NCBI GenBank assembly: GCA_963767415.1
Contig: CAVYEU010000040.1
Coordinates: forward strand, 4,615 to 68,614
Origin: an uncultured Eubacteriales bacterium
GTDB lineage: Bacteria > Bacillota > Clostridia > Acetivibrionales > CAVYEU01
DNA length: 64,000 bases
Direction of reading: 5' to 3'
Part shown: piece by piece, positions 50,120 to 59,134 of the stretch
Numbering within the stretch: the first letter of the stretch is position 1
Layout of the letters: every line of letters begins with the position of its first letter
Program-made: the position numbers and the translations under genes
Notes under the pieces: generated by a model
What the model was told of the DNA's origin: nothing
What the model saw: only the letters and a program-made list of their open reading frames with translations
Databases searched by the model: none

Positions 50120-51127
50120 ATGAGACTTGTTGGAACTAATATTTTGGTGCAAGGTGCTGTATTAGCGTCTCCAGTTTATTCTGCTAAAGGAAGAATAATT
50201 TTAGCTGCAGGAATTGAATTAAATGAAATTTATATAAATAGACTAAAAAAACTTGGTATAACCAAAGTATACATTGTTGATATAAGATTTGAAGATGTTG
50301 AAATTATGCAATCTTTGGATTTTAGTACAAGGAATGAGATAGAAAAAGTAGTAGGAGAAAATTATACTACACTTCATAAAAAAGGAACAATTGATGAGTA
50401 TAGTATTAAAAATGTTGCAAAAAAAATGGTTGATTATATCCGAGAATATAGGGAAAAAGGGATCAGTATTCTGTCATTAGGTGGTATAGAAGAATATGTT
50501 GTAACCCATACAGTTAACGTTGCTATCTTAACAGCCTTTTTAGGTAATAAGATGTCTTACAAATTTGATCAAATGTGTGATTTGCTTGTAGGAGCTTTGG
50601 TTCATGATCTTGGGAGAGAAGACAAACCTTTAGAGGATCCAGATCATATAAAAAAAGGTTTTGATGTTTTAAGAAAGTGCAGGGGGCTAAATCTTCTTTC
50701 ATCAATTGTAGCATATGAACACCATGAGAATTATAATGGTACAGGCTATCCAAGGAAATTAAAAGATGTTGAAATTTCTGAATTTTCTCGAGTTGTAAGG
50801 GTTGCTGACTATTATGATAATGTTTTAAATGGTTATGAAAATAATGGTGTTTGTAGAATGCCTCATCAGGCTTTCGAAGGCTTATTAGCAGTTTCTGGGT
50901 CAATACTCGATCCAGAAGTTTTAATAAAATTTAGAGATACAATTATTTTTTATCCAAATGGATGCAGTGTTAAATTAAATGATGGAAGTCAAGGAGTAGT
51001 AGTGAAACAAAACATGGGAAGCCCTCAAAGGCCAGTGGTTAGACTGTTTAACGAAGATTCAATAATAGGGGAAGTAAATTTAATTGATAACCTGACCCTA
51101 TTTATCCAAGAAGTAATATATATTTAG
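50120..51127 (+). CDS. HD-GYP domain protein (putative c-di-GMP phosphodiesterase)
   Basis: HDLGRE ... HHENYNGTGYPRKL. ATG at 50120 follows AAGGGGGG. Confidence 0.8.
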   Translation: MRLVGTNILVQGAVLASPVYSAKGRIILAAGIELNEIYINRLKKLGITKVYIVDIRFEDVEIMQSLDFSTRNEIEKVVGENYTTLHKKGTIDEYSIKNVAKKMVDYIREYREKGISILSLGGIEEYVVTHTVNVAILTAFLGNKMSYKFDQMCDLLVGALVHDLGREDKPLEDPDHIKKGFDVLRKCRGLNLLSSIVAYEHHENYNGTGYPRKLKDVEISEFSRVVRVADYYDNVLNGYENNGVCRMPHQAFEGLLAVSGSILDPEVLIKFRDTIIFYPNGCSVKLNDGSQGVVVKQNMGSPQRPVVRLFNEDSIIGEVNLIDNLTLFIQEVIYI

Positions 51128-51913
51128 AAAAATAATCAATATTGTAATTATTGCACATACTGCAATTCCAAGTAAATCATATTTAGTGATCCTAAATACA
51201 TAACTGTCTAAATTGTCTATTCCCTCATTTTCAAGGCTATCTTGAATTTTTTGTATTTTTTCAAATGAATCTACAATTAACGATACAATTATTGCAGATA
51301 TAGTATTAAGGTTTACCTTAATACTTTGTATGTTTTTTAATTGTCCTGGTTTCATTTTTATTAGGATTTTTTTCTTGAATTCATTTATATTATCGTGAAT
51401 ATCGTTTACGATAATTATAAAGATCTTAAAACTTTTCTTTATTGTATATCTCAAATATTTAAATGGGAAAAATACTTTATATAACATGTTGGCTATTAAT
51501 TTAATAGGCGTTGTATGTAAATATAATTCACTTAAGAATACAAGTAAAAAAAGCTTTAGAACCCTCAATAAGATATCATGAAACTTATACCATTGAAAAC
51601 AGAATATATTTTTTTGAAGCAGCGAGAGCACTACAGATATTAATATTCCAAAAAGATAGGGGAGACATATTACTATAAAAAGTGCTGAAACACTTTTTAT
51701 AACAACATTTTTCTTTAAGCCTGTAAAAAGCATTATATAACCGCTAAGAGCAAGCAAAATTCCTACGTTGATTAAATTATTACTAAAAAAAACTAAAAAT
51801 AACAGAATTAAAAGCAAAATCAGTTTAACTCCTGCATCCATATTTTCTAAAATATTCAGTGAGTTTATCCGATAGTTATTAAGTTTTGATGATGTCTCTT
51901 TTTCGGATCTCAT
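51098..51913 (-). CDS. Polytopic membrane protein, EcfT/CbiQ-like
   Basis: 271 aa. The N-terminal LENMDAGVKLILLL resembles the start of CbiQ/EcfT proteins. No ECF ATPases are adjacent. Confidence 0.35.
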   Translation of the reverse strand: MRSEKETSSKLNNYRINSLNILENMDAGVKLILLLILLFLVFFSNNLINVGILLALSGYIMLFTGLKKNVVIKSVSALFIVICLPYLFGILISVVLSLLQKNIFCFQWYKFHDILLRVLKLFLLVFLSELYLHTTPIKLIANMLYKVFFPFKYLRYTIKKSFKIFIIIVNDIHDNINEFKKKILIKMKPGQLKNIQSIKVNLNTISAIIVSLIVDSFEKIQKIQDSLENEGIDNLDSYVFRITKYDLLGIAVCAIITILIIFLNIYYFLDK

Positions 51914-52400
51914 TTATTGTTATTTCTCCTATACTGCCATTTATAAGACCAGTAATAATTGCTAAAATTAATAAAACTGGAAAATAGTAAAATATAATAT
52001 TCTCTTTCATAATAATTGATGCTACTGTTATTTGTACTATACTGTGTACTATTGCACCAACCATACTTAGTCCCTTGATACTAAATATATTCTTTGTTTT
52101 CTTATACAAAAACCACATAATACTGGCACTAAAAAGTCCCGCTGATAAACTAAAAACCAATGAAACTATCCCTCTTGTAAAGAAAGCCAAGCTCACGCAT
52201 CTTAATACTACAATAAACATCACATCTTTGTAGCTTAAAAAACATATTGCAATAATTGTAATAATATTTGCAAGTCCAATTTTAGCCCCTGGAATGGGTA
52301 GAGGAATTGGAATAAATGTGTCTAGAAGACCAAGTAAAATAGCATTACTTATTAATATTATATTTATAGCTTGTTTCCTACTATTAATGATGTTACTCAA
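51879..52400 (-). CDS. Gx transporter family protein (heptaprenyl diphosphate synthase component I-like, PF07456)
   Basis: PLPIPGAKIGLANIITI motif and 5 TM helices. Usually clustered with NusG-II and ApbE. Confidence 0.65.
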   Translation of the reverse strand: MSNIINSRKQAINIILISNAILLGLLDTFIPIPLPIPGAKIGLANIITIIAICFLSYKDVMFIVVLRCVSLAFFTRGIVSLVFSLSAGLFSASIMWFLYKKTKNIFSIKGLSMVGAIVHSIVQITVASIIMKENIIFYYFPVLLILAIITGLINGSIGEITINEIRKRDIIKT

Positions 52401-52418
52401 CTCTTTCTTAATAATGAT

Positions 52419-52790
52419 TCAATATGCTATACTATCCGGTTGATCCGTATCTTTTATTAATACTTCGGTTCTAAATGGCACGCAAACAGCCCTTTCTCCC
52501 TTATGCGAAAGACAACCAGCCTTGATACAGACTTTATTCGTACACTCTGAACTTAGAAACTTTATACTGCCTTTTTCTACTTTCAAAACCACTTTATCTC
52601 TTGAAATATTTACCAAAAATGGATTAGTGACCTTATTTAAATTAATTTCACGAATTACCTTTCCATTCTGCTTTATAACTGCTATTTTTTCCTGAGGTGT
52701 ATCTATAATGTAGTTAGAATTTAATGCATAGATTAGAACATTAACAATCAGTGCAGTTAATATAAGTATTATGTCACCTTTTTTCAGCAT
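52419..52790 (-). CDS. NusG domain II-containing protein (DUF1312)
   Basis: TM anchor, then ...CTNKVCIKAGCLSHKGERAVCVPFRTEVLI. An internal ATG at 52788-52790 is preferred, which minimises overlap with apbE. Confidence 0.65.
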   Translation of the reverse strand: MLKKGDIILILTALIVNVLIYALNSNYIIDTPQEKIAVIKQNGKVIREINLNKVTNPFLVNISRDKVVLKVEKGSIKFLSSECTNKVCIKAGCLSHKGERAVCVPFRTEVLIKDTDQPDSIAY

Positions 52791-53832
52791 ATTTAAGTTC
52801 TTCACTTTCATATTTAAATTCTCCACTTTCATCCTTGAATGTAAACTCACCTTTAAGTTTTTCTGTGACATGTACTTTTTTATCTGTTGTTATAAAGATA
52901 GCTTCTGCTTTTCCATATTTTTTGATAAGCTGCATACCCTTTTCAAGTCCAAGGACAAATGCTGAGGTAGATAGCCCATCAGCATCGATTGAGGAATCAG
53001 TTACTATAGTTACGCTCATTAAGCCTGATTCAGCAGGTTTGCATGTTGAAGGATCAAAAATATGGTGATACCTTTTCCCATCCTTTTCAAAATACCTTTC
53101 ATAATCTCCTGAGGTAACCACGGATTTGTTTGTGACCTTGACAATTCCAATATAATTACCGTTTGTTGCTCTGGGATTTTGAATTCCGATATTCCAAGGT
53201 TTCCCGTCTTCTCTGCTTCCCAGCGTTACAACATTACCACCCAGGTTTAAACAGGCAGATAGAAAACCATATTTTTTGTAAATCTTTATACATTCATCCC
53301 CTGCATAACCCTTTGCAATACTACCCAAGTCAACTATTTGACCGATTTTTTCAAGAAAAGCTTTTTTATTACTATAATCCAAATGTATGCATTCATAGTT
53401 AACCAGGGGTTTAAGCCTTAAAAGCTCATTGGGCTCAGGGATTCTGGCATTTTCGGTTCCAATGTTCCAGCACTTGACAACTGACCCGCATGTTACATCA
53501 TAAGCTCCATTACTTAATTTAGAGAACTCCAAAGATTTATTTAAACAAATAAAAGTTTCAGCATTTAATTCAACAAAGTTAACTTGGGCATTTTTATTTA
53601 AATTATTTATATCTCCACCAGGGGAATTGATCGTCATGAGACCTTCTAAGTATTTAATTTTATCAAAAACTTCAACTGCAGCGTAAGCAGCATCTTTGCC
53701 ATATATTTTTTGAGAAATAACTGTACCCATACCAAATCCGTTTGTTTCATACAGTTTGTCTTTCTTCCCAAAACAGCCAACTGATATAGTTAATGACAAC
53801 AAAATTAATAAAACGATACTTAATTTTTTCAT
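52774..53832 (-). CDS. apbE: FAD:protein FMN transferase (flavin transferase) lipoprotein
   Basis: Lipobox LTISVGC, then GMGTVISQKIYG, VDLGSIAKGYAGD, NLGGNV and VVTSGDYERYF blocks. The start at 53832 overlaps the rnfB stop (ATGA). Confidence 0.85.
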   Translation of the reverse strand: MKKLSIVLLILLSLTISVGCFGKKDKLYETNGFGMGTVISQKIYGKDAAYAAVEVFDKIKYLEGLMTINSPGGDINNLNKNAQVNFVELNAETFICLNKSLEFSKLSNGAYDVTCGSVVKCWNIGTENARIPEPNELLRLKPLVNYECIHLDYSNKKAFLEKIGQIVDLGSIAKGYAGDECIKIYKKYGFLSACLNLGGNVVTLGSREDGKPWNIGIQNPRATNGNYIGIVKVTNKSVVTSGDYERYFEKDGKRYHHIFDPSTCKPAESGLMSVTIVTDSSIDADGLSTSAFVLGLEKGMQLIKKYGKAEAIFITTDKKVHVTEKLKGEFTFKDESGEFKYESEELKYAEKR

Positions 53833-54644
53833 GCAGGCGTCCTTTTTAAGTTTATTACCTTTAATGGACATTTATCTACACAAACCGGATCAGTGCATTT
53901 TTCTATGCAGATATGGGCATCTATAGCTGCAAGATTATTCTCAATCTTTATTGCATTATAAGGACAAGAATTTTTGCACAATCCGCATCCAATGCAGGCG
54001 ACTTCACAGCTTTTCTTAGCCACAGCACCTTTGTCTTGTGAGGAACAAGTAACTAAAACCTTAGAGTCACTCAGGTTCAACTTGATTACTTGTTTAGGGC
54101 AGGATACTTCACACTTTCCACATCCGGTGCATTTTTTACTGTCTACTTGAGGAAGACCATTTTCCTTTATCTTAATTGCTCCAAATGGACACTGAGAAGC
54201 GCAGGTCCCTAATCCGATACAGCCATATTTACAGTATTTTGGACCAAGGTGTAGTATGCTTGCAGCTACACAGTCTTTGATCCCATAATAGTTATATAAT
54301 TTTTTTGCTGTACTGATTGGATTTGAACAGCAAATGGTAGCAACTTTGCTTTCAACAATATTTGTTTTTTTACCGGTAAGTTCAGCAACTTTTTTAGCAA
54401 CTTCAGCCTTACCAGGTATACAAAGATTAGGGGCAATACTATCTTCCATTACTACAGCTTTAGCGTATGCTTGACATCCCGGATATCCGCAAGCTCCGCA
54501 CTGACCTTTTGGTAAAACATCTTCAACTTTATGTATTAAAGGATTCATTTGAACTGCTAGCCTTCTATTTGCAAGTGCAAGCACTGTTCCAAACAATAAT
54601 CCCATCATTCCCATAACTAAAACAATTGTTATAATAACAATCAT
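53829..54644 (-). CDS. rnfB: Rnf complex subunit B (polyferredoxin)
   Basis: N-terminal anchor, a CGACGYPGC motif and several CxxCxxCxxxCP clusters. Confidence 0.9.
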   Translation of the reverse strand: MIVIITIVLVMGMMGLLFGTVLALANRRLAVQMNPLIHKVEDVLPKGQCGACGYPGCQAYAKAVVMEDSIAPNLCIPGKAEVAKKVAELTGKKTNIVESKVATICCSNPISTAKKLYNYYGIKDCVAASILHLGPKYCKYGCIGLGTCASQCPFGAIKIKENGLPQVDSKKCTGCGKCEVSCPKQVIKLNLSDSKVLVTCSSQDKGAVAKKSCEVACIGCGLCKNSCPYNAIKIENNLAAIDAHICIEKCTDPVCVDKCPLKVINLKRTPA

Positions 54645-54667
54645 AATTATTCATACCTCCCACTCTT

Positions 54668-55243
54668 TTAAATCATTCCTGAAAATCCACAAAATGATAA
54701 AGCAAGCATTCCTGCAAGGATAAATGCAATGCCCAAGCCTTCTAATGGTTTTGGAATATTTGCGAGCCTTAATCTTTCTCTTAAACTCGCCATCAAAATT
54801 ATGGCTATTGAAAAACCAATGCCAGAACCTATTGCATGAACTGTGCTCTTTAATATTGAATAGTTTGACTCTGCATTTAATAAAGGAACCCCAAGAGCAA
54901 TACAGTTTGTAGCGATTAATAATAAATATATCCCCCACAGTTTATAAAGTTCAGGTACGTATTTTTTTATCACCATTTCCAGCAATTGAACAAAGCTAGC
55001 GATAAGCAGGACAAAGACAATGGTAGTTAGGAATATCATATTCAATGGAACTAATATTAGGTTGTAGACTGCCCATGCCAACATTGAGCTAAATGTAATA
55101 ACAGCAGTTACAGCGATTCCCATTCCAACTGATGCACTTAAGTTTTTTGAAACCCCAAAAAATACACACAGCCCTAAATATCTGGTTAAAACAAAGTTAT
55201 TTACTAAACTTGAGCTTATAAATAGAATTAAATATTCTTTCAT
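54668..55243 (-). CDS. rnfA: Rnf complex subunit A
   Basis: 191 aa. NNFVLTRYLGLC and a six-TM pattern typical of RnfA/NqrE. Confidence 0.9.
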   Translation of the reverse strand: MKEYLILFISSSLVNNFVLTRYLGLCVFFGVSKNLSASVGMGIAVTAVITFSSMLAWAVYNLILVPLNMIFLTTIVFVLLIASFVQLLEMVIKKYVPELYKLWGIYLLLIATNCIALGVPLLNAESNYSILKSTVHAIGSGIGFSIAIILMASLRERLRLANIPKPLEGLGIAFILAGMLALSFCGFSGMI

Positions 55244-55854
55244 TTTACTACCTCTCTTCTTTCAAAGTATCCGTTTAACATTTTAGCAGCGGCTACCAGA
55301 TAACCAATCAGGATAAATCCCCCTGCAGGGAGAATCATAATCATAGCTGGATTAAAACTCTCACCAAAAACTGAATATCCCCAGATACTTCCATTTCCAA
55401 ACAATTCTCTTATTGCTCCAATAAAAACCATTGCAATGGTAAAGCCGCACCCCATACCAAAACCATCGAAAAATGAGGGAAGCACTCGATTTTTTGATGC
55501 AAACACCTCAGCTCTGGCAAGTATAATTGCAAATACAACAATAAGCTGAAGATAAACCCCCAATTCCTTGTACAATGTGGGTAAGTAGGCTTTAATAAAC
55601 AGCTCTATTACAGTTACGATTGTTGCAATCGAGGTTATGTAAATCGGGACTCTAACCTTTGAATTAACAACATTTCTTGTTAAAGACACAACAACATTAT
55701 TTACAGAAAGTACGAATAAAACAGCTAATCCCATTGTTAGTGCGTTACGTACTGATGTTGTTACTGCAAGTGCTGGACAAAGGCTCATTGCTAGGACAAG
55801 TATTGGGTTTTCAGAAATTATTCCTTTTTTAAAAGTCTTCCAATTTTCTTTCAC
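55240..55854 (-). CDS. rnfE: Rnf complex subunit E
   Basis: 204 aa. ENPILVLAMSLCPALAVTT is typical of RnfE/NqrD. Confidence 0.9.
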   Translation of the reverse strand: MKENWKTFKKGIISENPILVLAMSLCPALAVTTSVRNALTMGLAVLFVLSVNNVVVSLTRNVVNSKVRVPIYITSIATIVTVIELFIKAYLPTLYKELGVYLQLIVVFAIILARAEVFASKNRVLPSFFDGFGMGCGFTIAMVFIGAIRELFGNGSIWGYSVFGESFNPAMIMILPAGGFILIGYLVAAAKMLNGYFERREVVK

Positions 55855-55855
55855 T

Positions 55856-56428
55856 TCATTTCTCCTTTATTAAAAAATCTTGTACCTTAGTCACAGCTTC
55901 ACGAATACCATTTGTAACAGCTTTTGAAGTAATAGTTGCACCACTTATAGCCTGAATGCTGTCTTTGTTTTCGTTTCCTTTTACAACTATTAGGTTTTCT
56001 AATCTTTTGCCAATAAACTGATTGTGAAAAGGTTCTTTTGCTGCCTTGTCTCCAAGACCAGGGGTCTCTTTGCTTTCTAAAATGCTAAAATTTAAGACTT
56101 TTTTATCAGGTTTAACTGCAACGAGAAGTTTCATTGTTCCGCCATAGCCTTTACTTTCTACAGGTAATACATATGCGATAGTTTTGTTGTCTTTTACGGC
56201 TTCAAACCAGTCTGGCAAGGCTAAAATCGGCTTAAAATTATCTGCATCTTTTACAAGCATTTTCATTGAGCTGTTTCTAAATTCAATAGTGTTTTTGCTG
56301 ATTACATCCATAGTCAAATAGTATACAACGGCAATAATAAAACTTGCGATTACACATGCAGCTGTCAAATTCATAACTATTTTAAAAATATTGTTGTTCC
56401 CATTATCGTTGTGTGCATTTTCATCCAT
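55856..56428 (-). CDS. rnfG: Rnf complex subunit G (FMN-binding)
   Basis: 190 aa. The SGATITSKAV flavinylation motif is present. Confidence 0.85.
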   Translation of the reverse strand: MDENAHNDNGNNNIFKIVMNLTAACVIASFIIAVVYYLTMDVISKNTIEFRNSSMKMLVKDADNFKPILALPDWFEAVKDNKTIAYVLPVESKGYGGTMKLLVAVKPDKKVLNFSILESKETPGLGDKAAKEPFHNQFIGKRLENLIVVKGNENKDSIQAISGATITSKAVTNGIREAVTKVQDFLIKEK

Positions 56429-56443
56429 AATTAGTTCCCTTTC

Positions 56444-57448
56444 CTAGTATGTAGACACAGAAGTTATACGGTCTATTAATGGTGTTACACTATTCATAAG
56501 TAATATAGAATAGCATACCCCTTCAGGATAGCCACCGATTAGTCTGATTAATACCGTAATGGAAGCTGCACCTGCAGCAAAAATAAATTTACCTTTTCTT
56601 GTGATTGGTGTAGTTACCATGTCAGTGGCCATGAAGAACGCACCTATAATTAGTCCTCCTGCCATCATATGGAACATTGGATCTCCAGTAAAAAATCCAT
56701 TAGGTCCAAAGATCCAGGTCAGGATACCAACTAAGCTGATCATAGTGGTTGGAACGATCCAATCAATATAACCTTTATATATAAGGTAAATTCCTCCGAT
56801 TAAGAGTAAGATTACTGATGTTTCACCGATACAGCCGTTTCTGAGTCCCAAAAGCAATGATTTGTACATATTAAAATGTCCGCCAAATGTTTGAACCAAA
56901 TATCCATATCCCTCGTGTTTTAGTATACCTAGAGGGGTTGCAGTTGTCACTGTATCAACAGCACTTGGCATTGATGTCCATTTGGTCATCGTAACTGGCC
57001 ATGATAAAACCAGTGCTGCTCTTCCTATGTGTGCAGGATTAAAAATATTATAACCTAAGCCACCCATTGAATGTTTTGCAATAACGATTGCAACAAAGGA
57101 TCCTACTATAGGAATATAAAAAGGCACCTTTGGTGGTAAGCACATGGCAAGTAAGAGACCTGTTAAGATTGCACTTCCATCGTCTAAAGTTATTACCTTT
57201 CTTCTAAGCTTTAATACGATTGCTTCAAAGGTACAGGCTGACAAGATACTTAAAATAATGGTTATAAAAGCATTCAAGCCAAAGGAGTAAATTCCAAAAA
57301 GTGCTGCAGGTATAAGTGTACAAGTAACTGTCCACATTATTTTTGATATTGAATCTTTTGAATAAATATGTGGAGAAGCAGAAACCAGTAAGGGTTCTTC
57401 GTCTAAAAGTTTTAAGTTATCAATGTTTGATAAGTTGTCGTTATTCAT
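56444..57448 (-). CDS. rnfD: Rnf complex subunit D (intact copy)
   Basis: 334 aa NqrB/RnfD-type with SPHIYS, FNPAHIGRA and a C-terminal flavinylation-type region. Confidence 0.9.
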   Translation of the reverse strand: MNNDNLSNIDNLKLLDEEPLLVSASPHIYSKDSISKIMWTVTCTLIPAALFGIYSFGLNAFITIILSILSACTFEAIVLKLRRKVITLDDGSAILTGLLLAMCLPPKVPFYIPIVGSFVAIVIAKHSMGGLGYNIFNPAHIGRAALVLSWPVTMTKWTSMPSAVDTVTTATPLGILKHEGYGYLVQTFGGHFNMYKSLLLGLRNGCIGETSVILLLIGGIYLIYKGYIDWIVPTTMISLVGILTWIFGPNGFFTGDPMFHMMAGGLIIGAFFMATDMVTTPITRKGKFIFAAGAASITVLIRLIGGYPEGVCYSILLMNSVTPLIDRITSVSTY

Positions 57449-57604
57449 TAGCTTCCTACCTTTTCTCTTAATGCCTTATCAGAAAGCAGTTTTTTTGCAT
57501 ATTTAATATAATGAACAGTATTTCTTTTTGCAGGGCAGACAAAACTACAACATCCAAATTCCATACAATTTAATAGGCTATAGTCTTCTTTTGCTTCTTC
57601 AATA
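57309..57604 (-). repeat. Duplication copy A of the rnfC-3'/rnfD-5' junction (pairs with 58995-59290)
   Basis: Hand alignment over 296 nt gives about 19 mismatches and no indels. Confidence 0.9.
57448..57604 (-). pseudogene. rnfC 3'-terminal fragment (last about 51 codons), still open
   Basis: Translates to NIEEAKEDYSLLNCMEFGCCSFVCPAKRNTVHYIKYAKKLLSDKALREKVGS*. Intact RnfC reads ...FIDEAKEDYGLLNCMECGCCSFVCPAKRNIVHYIKYAKKLISDKALREKVGS*. One Fe-S Cys is changed to Phe. Confidence 0.85.
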
Positions 57605-57709
57605 TTTACCTCTCACAAGTGATTTACTTTTACCGTAAATAGATTTTTTATATAAAATAATTACTACTAAAGAGATCGTAAATAGACCTTCAACTCTTTC
57701 TTTCATCAA
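57599..57709 (-). pseudogene. Internally deleted rseC-like remnant (36-codon in-frame mini-ORF)
   Basis: MMKERVEGLFTISLVVIILYKKSIYGKSKSLVRGKY* equals the first 9 codons plus the last about 25 codons of the 141-aa gene at 60566-60991. Confidence 0.7.
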
Positions 57710-57791
57710 GCTTCACATCACTTTTCCTTTGTTTACGTTGTGATATTAACACATATCAAAATTTGAATCAATAGTTTAGTCGAAAGTTAAA

Positions 57792-57821
57792 TTTATATCA
57801 ATCAAGTTAATTATTTATCAA
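57792..57821 (-). promoter_or_regulatory. Putative sigma-A promoter, copy A (TTGATA-18-TATAAA) upstream of rnfD
   Basis: Identical to the element at 61074-61103. Lies within duplicated segment 57686-57860. Confidence 0.3.
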
Positions 57822-57998
57822 TCTTTGTGAAATAATACCCACATAAGAGAACTGTCCCTTATGTGGGTATTTTCAAAACTATGGATAATAATACATTGAT
57901 CTTATTTTATGGAAGATAGAATTAAAATTGGTAATAAAGATATTTATATGGTTAAAGTTTAGATTTTTAGCACGTTTAATACCTTTATTTGACAAACC

Positions 57999-58910
57999 CT
58001 ATTTTTCCATAAAATACGCTTTAACATCTTCTATTGAAGTCATATCAAAAATATTTAATGCAAGTTTATCTATAACTTTTGTATCATTTTGATTCAATAT
58101 TTTTTCATAAAGCTCTTTGGGAACATTTTTGAATTTTCGCTCAAGAAGTTTTATTAACAAAATCTTTTGCCCTTCTTCTCTTCCTTCTTCTCTTCCTTTT
58201 TCTCTAGCAGTACGGTATTCCTCTTTTGCATCCATTCTTGTCTTCCTCTCAGCTTCATAAATCTCTTGCTCTTCTTTGTTAAAACTCAGTTGTTCCAATT
58301 TTTCAATTGCTTTCACAATTTCTTTTTCCTGCTTCAAATTTTCAGGTATTTCTCCTTTTTCAAGTTTGTTTGCTTTGTTCAAAAAAGCAACCCACCTGTC
58401 AAGAAGTGTTTTTATTTCGCTCCAATCCTTTTCAAACTTACTTAACTCAATAAAATATAACTGCTGATAATCCAAATACGGTATCCTCTCATTTGTTTCA
58501 ACATCTTTATATACAAAATGCCTCCGGTATCTTTCGCCGGGGAAATAATCAAAATCAATCAAATGAATTCCTATCGTCATGTTTAGCTTGTCATATTCCT
58601 CGCTTTCATCCAATTGGTCTACGTACATCTTTGAAACGTAATACATTGCCCTTTTCCCGTAAAATCCTTGCTCACCAACCTGTAACTCTATATCATATCG
58701 GGTATTATTCTTATCAAATGCTTTTATATCCAAAATACTGGTTTTTCCACCTACATATGTCCTTAGATTATATGGGTTCATTAATGTAATATCTTTTATT
58801 TCAGGAGTACAATTTAATATTCCATTGATTAAAGATATTAATATGTCTTTATTCTCTTCACTTCCAAATAATTTTTTAAATACAAGATCAATTTTTGGAC
58901 TATATTTCAT
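57999..58910 (-). CDS. Rpn-family recombination-promoting nuclease / PD-(D/E)XK putative transposase
   Basis: MKYSPKIDLVFKKLFG...ILDIKAFDKNNTRYDIELQV (D...E.Q/K core) plus a KE-rich C-terminal tail. This is the typical YhgA/Rpn architecture. Confidence 0.85.
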   Translation of the reverse strand: MKYSPKIDLVFKKLFGSEENKDILISLINGILNCTPEIKDITLMNPYNLRTYVGGKTSILDIKAFDKNNTRYDIELQVGEQGFYGKRAMYYVSKMYVDQLDESEEYDKLNMTIGIHLIDFDYFPGERYRRHFVYKDVETNERIPYLDYQQLYFIELSKFEKDWSEIKTLLDRWVAFLNKANKLEKGEIPENLKQEKEIVKAIEKLEQLSFNKEEQEIYEAERKTRMDAKEEYRTAREKGREEGREEGQKILLIKLLERKFKNVPKELYEKILNQNDTKVIDKLALNIFDMTSIEDVKAYFMEK

Positions 58911-58953
58911 ATTTTTTATCTTCCTTTCGGTAAACTTCTTATTTTACAAGTTT

Positions 58954-58982
58954 ATTATATGAAATATATATTCTTTTTACAA
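58954..58982 (-). promoter_or_regulatory. Putative sigma-A promoter of the Rpn gene (TTGTAA-17-TATAAT)
   Basis: The minus strand reads TTGTAAaaagaatatatatttcaTATAAT. An AAAGGAAG RBS precedes the ATG at 58910. Confidence 0.4.
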
Positions 58983-58994
58983 GAAATTCTTAGT

Positions 58995-59134
58995 GGTATA
59001 AGTATACAAGTAACTGTCCACATTATTTTTGATATTGAATACTTTGAATAAATATGTGGAGAAGCAGAAACTAGTAAGGGTTCTTCGTCTAAAAGTTTTA
59101 AGTTATCAATGTCTGATAAGTTATCATTATTCAT
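58995..59134 (-). pseudogene. rnfD 5' fragment (first 46 codons) fused to unrelated sequence
   Basis: MNNDNLSDIDNLKLLDEEPLLVSASPHIYSKYSISKIMWTVTCILIP, followed by LRISCKKNIYFI*. Homology to intact rnfD ends at 58995. Confidence 0.85.

Larger units (their letters stand above)
57861..58994 (-). mobile_element. 1.13-kb unique insert carrying the Rpn-family gene, bracketed by the duplicated rnf segments
   Basis: No homology to the rest of the locus. I recognised no terminal inverted repeats. Confidence 0.4.

Noticed and set aside
54651-54938. 95-aa ORF overlapping rnfA in another frame (with many similar overlapping ORFs inside ilvD, ilvB, pyk, rnfD, the hydantoinase gene, etc.)
   Set aside because: They are fully embedded in strongly supported genes, either in an alternative frame or antisense.
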